Of a stretch of 64,000 nucleotides of DNA, positions 48,767-59,469 are shown piece after piece; the stretch's first letter is position 1, and the number at the start of each line of letters is the position of its first letter. A program made the position numbers and the translations under genes. This DNA comes from Octopus sinensis (lineage: Eukaryota). The stretch is taken from contig NC_043002.1 of assembly GCF_006345805.1 (NCBI RefSeq), forward strand, positions 4,960,001 through 5,024,000, written 5' to 3'. The notes beneath the pieces are model-generated. The model had not been told where the DNA came from. It was given only the letters and a program-made list of their open reading frames with translations, and ran no database searches.

Positions 48767-49590
48767 AAAATAACGAACCAGTTGTCAAGCACTGAAGAGA
48801 GATTTAATTTACTGTTTCCTCTCCATTAAATTTCTGGTCTTGTTAGAAATAATTATTATTGTCATTACTTATTAGCACCATAGCATTGTTAAAGACTAGC
48901 TCTTTGGAAATGGTTGTGCCATATTTCTTGAACAGTATTTATGAATTTCCTCTAAGGATGCCCTGAATGATCTCATTAACGACACACCTTCTCCGTCTCT
49001 CTCTCTCTCTCTCTCTCAAGAATATGTTAAAGATATGGTGCCAGTTAGTATACCTTTAATAATGTTGAATTTGCTTACATTTTGTATGTGAAATATTTGA
49101 ACATTTGCCTAGCTAATAATTATTTTACTCCTGAAATGTTGATTTGTTTTTTTGTTTATTTGTTTGACATTCCAAAATAATACATTCCAAACATTTAGAT
49201 TTCTTTAATTCTATTTTATTTTGTTATTATTTTATTGGAGATTTCAGTTGGTTGAAAAATTTGGCACTGCTTGCAATGTTTTCATATATTGTGACAGAGT
49301 AAATAAATAAGGAGAAAAGACTATTTTTTTTAACCCACTCTGAAGTATAGTAGTTTGTGGAAGGGAAAAAGGAAGGGAACTGCTGTTATTCGCTGAGTAT
49401 GTGATCCCTGTTTTACCAGAGACTTGATATCCTCTAATACAGAACTGCTAATAATAATTACTAAGAGACAAGTTGAGATTTGACTCTTGAATGATTTGAA
49501 CACAGAACATACATAAAAAAATCCTAACTAAATTATATGGCATTTTGTTCATTCATAGTCCTTTTAATAATAATGATTTTTTTAAATCAT

Positions 49591-50199
49591 AAGACTCGAC
49601 TAGCGCAAGTGTGACCATAACCTTGTGGCTTATGCTAGGGGTGTAACCAGTCCACTTGTGCGTGCCTTTTCTTCATTGGACACTAAACTCTGCTTGTGAA
49701 GACCAGTTGAGGCAAGTGAAATTGAAATCGAAATCAAACTCGGTGACTGGCATCCGTTGCTAGTGGAGTGTTAAGAGTACCATATGAGTGAGATTGTTGC
49801 CAGAACAACAAGCTGGCCTCCATGCTGATGGCACGTTAAACACACCATTCGAGGGTGATCGTTACCGTGTCACCTTACTAGCACTTGTGTTGGTGGCACG
49901 TGAAACATTCGAGCGAGGTCGTCGCCAGTGCCACTGGACTGGCTCCTGTGCAGGTGGCACGTAAAAAGCACCATTTGGGTGTGGCTGTTGCCAGTACCAC
50001 CAATCTGGCTCTCGTGCCGGTGGCACGTAAAAGCACCCACTACACTCTCAGAGTGGTTGGCATTAGGAAGGGCATCCAGCTGTAGAAACTCTGCCAGATC
50101 AGATTGGAGTCTGGTTCGCCAGACCTCGGTCAAATCGTCCTACCCATGCTAGCATGGAAAGCGGACATTAAACAATGATGATGATGATGATGATGATGA
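49591..50199 (+). mobile_element. RTE 3' UTR (family A)
   Basis: Collinear with 35360-35967; (GAT)n tail. Confidence 0.86.
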
Positions 50200-50958
50200 T
50201 AGACAGAAGGTTATGCATGTTTTTGATGAGTGATGTAGTGGGCTTACACATCCCCAGCACCTGTTCAATACTATTTCTCGAATTTAAAATTTCCTACCTG
50301 GAAGGATAGAGATCAGAGTTGACCCTGACATGATTTTAACTCAGACCATAAAAGGATGTAACTAAATATTGTTAGTAATTTTGACCCCTACTCAACAATA
50401 TCTAGCGTTCTCAACCATGTTGATATTAACTAACAGAACCAGTAAAATTTCACATTTTGTGGATTTTCCATTTTTTTTTTTTCTATTTTGTTCCCTAAAT
50501 TAATTAGATCTTCATAGCATTATGCTAAATCTTTTGTGTTCCATAGTTAATGTTGCTTAAGGTATAAACTCAAACTTGTTTCATCTGAGCTCCAATCTTG
50601 ATAAAGTTTATTTTTCATTTCATTCCATAGCGAAAGGTTATTGAAAGCGTAATACTCAGATCACAATCTGTTGTAATGGTTGTTTGACATGAACTGTCAA
50701 AGACTGTGACAGACTGAATAATATCATAGATAATTCTTCCCAATGTAGGCACACGACTAGATATTATGGGGGGAAAATGTAGAAGTGATTTAGTCACTAC
50801 CAGTACATGGCATATTTATTTTATCAACCCCAGAAGGCTGTAGGATAAAGTCAACCATAACAGAATTTGAACTTATGATATAAAGAGTCATAACCCAAAA
50901 CTGCAACACATTTTGTGTATCCTGCTACTGATTCTGCTATCTATCATCTACCCATTAT

Positions 50959-50960
<2 letters not shown>

Positions 50961-50990
<30 letters not shown>

Positions 50991-51695
50991 TTAGCGTCCG
51001 CTTTCCATGCTAGCATGGGTTGGACGGTTCAACTGGGGTCTGTGAAGCCAAAAGGCTGCATCGGGCCCAGTCTGATCTGGCAGTGTTTCTACGGCTGGAT
51101 GCCCTTCCTAATGCCAACTACTCCATGAGTGTAGTGGGTGCTTTTTGCGTGCCACCCACACAGGTGCCAGACGGAGCTGGCAAACGGCCACGGACGGATG
51201 GTGCTTTTTACGTGCCACCGGCATGGAGGCCAGTCGGGGCGGCGCTGGCAACGGCCACGATCGGATGGTTCGCTTACTTGTCACCGGCACTGGTATCACA
51301 GCTGCAATTTCCATTGATGTTGATCGACTTCGATTTTGGTTCTGCTTTCTGATATCTGATTTGATTTGGTTTGATTTTGATTTTGATTTTCACTTGCCTC
51401 AACGGGTCTTCACAAGTGGAGTTTTGTGTCCCAAGAAGGAAAGGTATGTATAAGTCGACTGGCTACATACCAGGTAGAGGCCACGAGTTATGGTCTCACT
51501 AGTCTTGCCGGGTCTTCTCAAGCACAGAATACTTCCATAGGTCTCGGTCTCTAGTCATTTCCTTGGTGAGACCTAAAGTTCAAAGGTCGTGCTTCACCAC
51601 CTCGTCCCAGGTTTTCCTGGGTCTACCTCTTCCACAGGTTCCCTCAACCGCTAGGGTGTGGCACTTTTGCACACAACTATCTTCAGCCATTCTCG
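50961..51695 (-). mobile_element. RTE ORF2 C-terminus plus 3' UTR
   Basis: The minus strand encodes CHTLAVEGTCGRGRPRKTWDEVVKHDL...; full UTR and tail present. Confidence 0.9.
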
Positions 51696-52832
51696 TCACA
51701 TAATAATAATAACTAGCAGTATGACCCGGCAACGCTGGGTCATACTGCTAGTGCATGCATATACAGCTGCGTGCGTGTGCACATACACGCGAGTACTGTC
51801 CAAATCTCCGACCAATCACATACAGCTAGCTGGCATTCAATTGGCGTATCAAGTTTCGTGCATTTTGATTGGGTTTTGGATAGAAAATTCACAAAAAAAG
51901 TCACTTCTATTGATTTTTTTTAATGACTTTACAGGGTGACTAGGGAAATGTAAAGATGTGCACGACCACCCTTGGACGGTTTTGAATGACCATAGAAAGT
52001 GCGAGCCCTCTAACTGAAAAATTGTGGATTTGTATAAAGGACACACACACATACACACAGACAGACATTTTGGTGTTTATATATATAGAGATAATAATGG
52101 TAATAATAATTGGCAAAAGACCTGTAATTTTTTAGTGGGGGATGATGAGTTGATTATCTTGCCTCCAATGCTTGACTAATAAATTCTTTTATTGGCTCCA
52201 AAAAGATGTATGGCAGAATTTGAACTAAGAACATGAAGAACCAAAAGACATGCCACTGAGCACTAATGACCACCACTACATGACTGTCAAACAGGATTGT
52301 CAGACCCTGGAGTAGCGACTGAACTCACTACCGACTACCCTTGTTACTTATATATTTAATATACTGTAAACTGTTTCTTACTTGGTCACTCTACCGATTG
52401 AGTTTTATGACTTTGCTGTTAAGCAGCAAGTCAGCTTTGATCCAGGAGTCTATTATCACAGACATTCCAGCTATGGCCATCCTATCTTTTACTTACATAT
52501 GTATCTAGAACTACATTAGACAATGTCCTCTTCCAATTTTTTTTTCAAGGTGGTAGGGTATAATTTGAGAGAGTATTGATTACTGTTGCCAGTATGTGTG
52601 GTGGTGATGGTTATTAAGTATGCTGGGGTTGGTGGTGTTGCTGTTCTAGTAGTGATTCTAACGTTGGTAGAAATAATTAAGGTCACCTGGTTATTATTTT
52701 GTTCAATTGATGATGTTATTTCTATATTTACAAGTGTAAAAGTTAAATGAAAGGGAATATAACTCATGTGAGAATAACAACTAAAATTCAGTTTGATGTT
52801 TAAAGATACCAAGTGCACCCACCACCTAAAAA

Positions 52833-53213
52833 GAAGGCTGTGTGGTAAGTAGCTTGCTTACCAACCACATGGTTCCGGGTTCTGTCCCACTGCATGGCAC
52901 CTTGGGCAAGTGTCTTCTACCATAGCCTTGGGCCGACCAAAGCCTTGTGAGTGGATTTGGTAGACGGAAACTGAAAGAAGCCCGTCGTATATATGTATAT
53001 ATATATGTGTGTTTGTGTGTGTGTTTGTTCCCCTAGCATTGCTTGACAACCGATGCTGGTGTGTTTATGTCCCCGTTACTTAGCGGTTCGGCAAGAGAGA
53101 TCGATAGAATAAGTACTGGGCTTACAGAAGAATAAGTCCCGGGGTCGATTTGCTCAACTAAAGGCGATGCTCCAGCATGGCCACAGTCAAATGACTGAAA
53201 CAAGTAAAAGAGT
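52833..53213 (+). mobile_element. SINE head B (slightly 5'-truncated)
   Basis: Collinear with 11097-11523. Confidence 0.86.
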
Positions 53214-53529
53214 ATAGATGCTGTATTTTCACAAAAACTAAAAATAAAAAGAAAGAACGAAAAGCCCCTGAAAAATAGACATTAATTTTTGGTGTTCTGA
53301 AGTGTAGCCCCAGGTTAGGTCCAGTCGTGCTGACATTTGGAATGCTTGTTGTCACTCAGACAACTATATACCGTAAGTCTGCTTGACCAGAACTGACCTG
53401 GTGTTCAACATCAATAACAACAACAGTCACTTTTGCACACTGAAAGTAACAGAGCTTTATAAAATATACAGAAAAGACAATAAGTGATCCTTCATAGAAA
53501 CGTAACCAAATCTTACATTTTAGTCTATT

Positions 53530-53823
53530 CATCATCATCATCATCGTTTAACGTCCGTTTTCCATTCTAGTGGCTGGTTCGACCGGGATCTGGGAAGCCA
53601 GGAGGCTGCACCAGGCTCCAGTCTGATCTGGCAGTGTTTCTACAGCTGGATGCCCTTCCTAACGCCAACCACTCCGTGAGTGTAGTGGGTGCTTTTTACG
53701 TGCCACCGGCACAGGTGCCAGGGGAGGCTGGCAACGGCCACAATCGGTTGGTGGTTTTTACGTGCCACCTACACGGAAGCCAGTCAAGGTGGCACTGGCA
53801 TCAGCCACGTACGGATGGTGCTT
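53530..53823 (-). mobile_element. RTE 3'-end fragment (family A)
   Basis: Conserved terminus. Confidence 0.85.
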
Positions 53824-54590
53824 AAAAAAGCAAAAAAAAACACTGCTGAATATACTAAGTGGTCCTAAATATAACGTTCCGGAGACGATGGGTTGGGCAT
53901 GGCTTGAATGTCAGTTAGAAAGAATGGAGATTTGAAAAATGATAACTACAATCCTGTCTGATTTTTCTCTCTATGTCTTGTGAGATCCTTAATCTGTAGC
54001 TGGGGAGTTTCCCTCCTGTGTGCTGGTCTACTCAAGGTTCTTTTACCGGTAAATAGCAGTTGCCCATGCATGCAGGTCTCTTGTCTGCACACCACTGACA
54101 TGATCCTAGGGAAAGGCAAGGCCTGATACAACAGTGCACTTGTTTTTGCGGGTGTGTATTCTTCCGAATGCAAAGAGCTGTGGGAGGAGATACTGCAAGA
54201 TATAACTACTACATCAACAATTTTGCCAATCGGCTGCTTTGGACTGGTACTTTCCATTTATTGACCAGGAAAGGATGAAAGGCAAAACAAGCCACAACAG
54301 GAGTGCAGAGATCAAAAAGAAAAGAAAAAGAAAAAAACCCCAAATATAACAACAATAACAAAAAAGCCCCCCCCAAAACTCCATAGTATTCTACCTAACA
54401 TCCTAATGATTTTTTTCCAGTTCATGGTCTTAATGGTGGTAATTAATCCATGCAATGAGACAGAAAGAGTTACAACCAGGAAATAAATTATAGTTACACA
54501 ATTGATTCACAGAATACTTACCATATATTGTAACATGTATTTCGCAATGTATATATTTGAAATAATCTGTTATCTGTGTGTCTATATATC

Positions 54591-54946
54591 AAAATCGATC
54601 AAAAATCAATGGAAATTGTAGTTGTGATACCAGTGCCGGTGGCACGTAAAACAACCATCCGAACGTGGCCGTTGCCAGTGCCGTCCTGACTGGCCTCCGT
54701 GCTGGCAGCACGTAAAAAGCACCAGCCAATCGTGGCCGTTGCCAGCCTCCCCTGGCACCTGTGCCGGTGGCACGTAAAAAGCACCTACTACACTCACGGA
54801 GTGGTTGGCGTTAGGAAGGGCATCCAGCTGTAGAAACCTTTCCATATCAGATTGGAGCCTGGTGCAGCCTCCTGGCTTCCCAGACACCAGTCGAACTGTC
54901 CAACCCATGCTAGCATGGAAAACGGACGTTAAACAATGATGATGAT
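54591..54946 (+). mobile_element. RTE 3'-end fragment (family A)
   Basis: Conserved terminus and tail. Confidence 0.85.
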
Positions 54947-55611
54947 ATATATGGTGTGTGTATGCATATATATATGCATGCACACATATATGTATACTCT
55001 TAATGGTTTCAGTTGATGCTGCCTTGAATAGTTTAGTCAGTCAAATGGACTCTAGTACTTTCGTCTTTAAGAGTCTGGTATATACTCTATCAATCTCGCT
55101 GTTAAACTGCTAGTGGTCAAGCTGTGAGAGACAAACACAACGACACACATATACACACACTCACACACCTACCTACACATGGTGAGAGCTCTATCTTCAC
55201 AGATAATTGCTGTCTCTTTTCACTTGCTCATTGTCAGTGGCATTACTGACTTTCCATCCATGATCTCTCAGACGACTATTGCAGATCTCTTGCTGCAGAT
55301 CTCTGTAACTTTGCACTTTTCAGCTGGTTAAGTTCTGCACCTGTTTCCACTCTTCCATTGCCATGCAATTTTCAGCAGATGGAATAACAAACGAGGCCAA
55401 CATAAAGAGACATCTGTAGGCCATAGGATTATAGTGAGAAATACTTGTACAACACGAGTATCACTCTCTAACTCTCCACGATTAATTCCTAGTGATAGGC
55501 TGAAGTGAGACAACTGGTAATCATCTGAAACTGCGTGTTTTGCATCAGAGTGTCCCTCTCCTCAAAGGACGTTGCAAAAAAAGCTAGGGTTCCTTCACTG
55601 CTGGTGGTTTT

Positions 55612-55855
55612 AAAAAGCTCTATCTGCGACGATTTCATCTCAATCGAAGGAGAGGGGCTTTCTCCGTCCAGGTTGCGGATCCGTGGAATAAACTGCCAGA
55701 TGAGATGGTGAAGATGCCGACGACCGCTCGGTTCAAAGTCTCCCTTGACCTCAAGTGGCCTGAACTCTTTACATGAACACCACCCTGTACATAACTCCAT
55801 GTCCCCCTACATGGCCTTGCTTTTTGCTTTTTGAGCCAAAAAATTAACTAACTAA
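55612..55855 (+). mobile_element. 5'-truncated CR1 3' end (same family as 59470-62020)
   Basis: KLYLRRFHLNRRRGAFSVQVADPWNKLPDEMVKMPTT...WPELFT*, then an essentially identical 3' UTR stem-loop and an ACTA tail. Confidence 0.93.
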
Positions 55856-56243
55856 ATGGATAGTCATTGATTCTCCTGAATTCATTTGCCCTTTGACGGG
55901 TCTTGTTCTGCATCCCACATGGTGTCCAAACCAAAAGCCACCCTACTCACCAGACTTTGTGAGGTTGTCAGTTTAGTCACTGATGACCCAACCGTGTAAC
56001 ATACATACATGCATTTGACAGACCTTCACATAATTTCTCTCTACCAAATTCACTCACAAGGCACTGGTTCACCCAGGGACATAGCAGATATTTGCCTGAG
56101 GTTCTTCTGTACAGTGGTATTGGATCTGAATCCACCTGTTTGCCAAACAAACTGACTTAAGTGTTATAGGTGGATTTGATAGATGGAAACTGAAAGGAAC
56201 CTGTTGTGCATGTGATATATATATATATATATATATATATACA

Positions 56244-56492
56244 CCCGTGCTGGTGACACGTAAAAGCACTGACTGATCATGTCCGTTTGCCAGCCTCATC
56301 TGGCCCCTGTGCCGGTGGCACGTAAAAACCCCCACTACACACACGGAGTGGTTGACATTAAGAAGGGCATCCAGCTGTAGAAACACTGCCAGATCAGACT
56401 GGAGCCTGGTGCAGCCTCCTGGCTTCCCAGGCCCTGGTCGAACCGTCCAACTCATGCTAGCATGGGAAACAGACGTTAAACGATGCTGCTGA

Positions 56493-56496
<4 letters not shown>
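56244..56496 (+). mobile_element. RTE 3'-end fragment (family A)
   Basis: Conserved terminus. Confidence 0.82.
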
Positions 56497-56527
<31 letters not shown>

Positions 56528-57044
56528 ATGATTGATTTACTGTTCACTTTTCCATGTTTGCATGGGTCAGAGAGAATTTGTTGAGTATTTTCTACAGTCA
56601 GTTGCCCTTTCCTGTCACCAACCCGGGACCTGTTAGCATGTAAGGTAATATTTTCCCCATGACCAGATATGTTTCCACAGAAGAATGGAAACGAAAGACA
56701 GTGCCTTACGTGAGTGTGACACTTCTTTACATTTATCATGCAATGTCAAAGCAAGGAGAACACACACACACAGACACGTGTGTGTGTGTGTATGTTCCCT
56801 TGTCTTGACATCACATGGTATTTCTAAATGAGTTTTACTATCGTACAAGTGATGTTCCTCATTTCCAGTCTTCCACGAAAAGCATGTCAGGACCATCAGG
56901 AAATACTATCTTGTTTGAAAACAGTCGAGGGTTGGCGACAGACAGGGTATCAGGTCTTAAAAAAGCTTCCTCAGTGAATTCCGTCTGATCCATGCAGGCA
57001 TGGAAAAGCGGATGTTAAAACAATGATGAGGATGATGATTATGA

Positions 57045-57076
<32 letters not shown>

Positions 57077-57828
57077 GATTGGTTTCTTTCAGTTTCTGTC
57101 TACCAAGTCCACCCACAGGACTTTGGTCAACCCAGGACCATAGCAGAAAGCACTTGCACAAGGTGCCTTACTGTAGAACTGAACCTGAAACCATCTGATT
57201 GGAAAGCAAACATCTTCTTAGCAATGCAAAAAGGAACTACCAGCAACAGTACTGTCACTTGTATCCCTGACTCATGCACAAACACTCCCCACATTGTCGG
57301 TCTTTTTCTTAACTTTGTCACTATCTTTATATCTATCGGATCCTTTTCCTCCGTTGCCTAATCAAAACCTGTTGCCCTATATTTCATACTCTCTCTACAC
57401 TCCTATGACACTTCAAGCCAGCTAAGTGATTAGATCACCATCAGTGTCAACACTCTTAATTCCCTCACACCAATAGACATCCTGCTGACATTGACTTTGA
57501 GATGTTCAGGCAACACAAAGCTGCTCAAATCATATCAGTTTTGGAGATCATGTTTTAGTCATAGGTACTGGTGCTTCTCCTGAATAAACTCATAAAATGA
57601 AGCAGTGTGTGTGTGTGTGTGTGTGTGTGCATAATTTCAACTTGTTTTGTGAGTTCTATTTGAAGTATTGTAATGTATGAATTTGAACAAGAGTCAGACC
57701 ACTGTAACTGCACAGTTTTAATAAACTTTGCTTTTTGTTTTACTTTTTTTTTCTATGATATATCAATCGAAATATATTCTATTGTATCTGGGGAGAGTCA
57801 TTTTCTTTTTGTGCCTTATCTAAAGATA

Positions 57829-58040
57829 TTACGAAGATGTACTTGCATAGCAAGTGACTTGATCTGAGATCGTGTGCTGGAATGAAAACAATTGCAGCAT
57901 GGAAGGTGTTTGTAAGCCATTTAAGAAACACACAAAAACCGTTAGATTCACTTCAACATTTAAATTTAATTTGTCAAAATATTTTTGTCACTTTGAGACC
58001 ATGACCTGTTCACTGACAAAACTTCGTGCTGCATCTCTTG
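57829..58040. mobile_element. 212-bp insertion with a 13-bp direct repeat
   Basis: TTATCTAAAGATA at 57816-57828 and 58041-58053; family not identified. Confidence 0.5.
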
Positions 58041-58495
58041 TTATCTAAAGATAATTTTTCTTATAATACAAGGAGTCAAAGAAAATAAAACATAGCTCCT
58101 CCCCCACCAAATGAGAGGAAACCCCAAAATATCAACCATTATGAAAGCATGACTGCCAAACAGTCGTTTCAGTTGTGCAATAAAGCTCCATTGGAGGTGC
58201 ATGTTTCTCAATATCACCATCTCTGCTGTGAAGGAGGGAGATCTTATTGTAAGAGTGACTCAAGAAGATTGGTCACTCCTCTCAACTGCAGGAGGCAAAC
58301 AGAAATCCAATCTGTCAGGTTTCCCCTCCAAAGCTAACCCCTGCAGCTTGTTTTTCTCTCAAGGAGTAACTTTCCTAGGCTTTCTCTTCCTGAAATCATC
58401 CACTAAACAATGTAGTACTGGAATAAGGGCATCCTTGCCACACTTAAAGGTTCTTATATACCCTATTCTTTGACAGATGTTCTCACAAAAGCTAT

Positions 58496-58670
58496 CATCA
58501 TCATCATCGTTTAACGTCCGCTTTCCATGCTAGCATGGGTTGGACGATTTTGACTGAGGGCTGGCGAACCAGATGGCTGCACCAGGCTCCAATCTTGATC
58601 TGGCAGAGTTTCTATAGCTGGATGCCCTTCCTAATGCCAACCACTCCGAGAGTGTAGTGGGTGCTTTTTA
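58496..58670 (-). mobile_element. RTE 3'-end fragment (family A)
   Basis: Conserved terminus. Confidence 0.85.
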
Positions 58671-58920
58671 CCTTACCGAAAAGCTATGGACCAATCATTC
58701 CTAAAATAGTCGTTCAGTAGGCCTTTTCTTCCTGTTGAATATTTCTGGCTCTGCACACACACACATATGCATGCACACACATATATGTATGTGTGTGTAT
58801 ATGTATGTCATCATTAACACCATTATTTAATGTCCATTCACCTCTAGGGATCTTCCTGGGCATTTGAAAAAAATCTATATTCCATCTCTTTTTAATGTTC
58901 ATTGCTCCTGCACATCTACC

Positions 58921-59153
58921 TATTTCTTTACTACCCACAAGGGGCTAAACACAGAGGGGACAAACAAGGACAGACAAACAGATTAAGTCGATTACATTAA
59001 CCCCAGTGCGTAACTGGTACTTAATTTAATGACCCTGAAAGGATGAAAAGCAAAGTCGACCTCGATGGAATTTGAACTCAGAACGTAACGGCAGATGAAA
59101 TACGGCTACGCATTTCGCCTGGCGTGCTAACGTTTCTGCCAGTTCACCGCCTG
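58921..59153 (-). mobile_element. SINE family C monomer with a 17-bp TSD
   Basis: GCTCCTGCACATCTACC at 58904-58920 and 59154-59170. Confidence 0.92.
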
Positions 59154-59469
59154 GCTCCTGCACATCTACCACATACAAAACCTACAAGAAGGTTAACAGA
59201 AAAATACTAATCCTCCTGTCTTGTTTGCACTTTTTTATATATACCAAAGTCAATTTCCTGAACATTTCTGTTTTTCCTACTTGCTAGAATAGGGGTCTTT
59301 TACTAGCTTCAGCTTGAGACTCTTTGATTCCACATTTTGCTTCCATACATGGAATTTCTTCCTAATTCTGCTACAGATTACAAGGAAATTTCAGATGTGT
59401 ACACGCACACACATCTATGTATATGTTTACACACACTCATACACATATATACATAGATCTATAAGTAAG

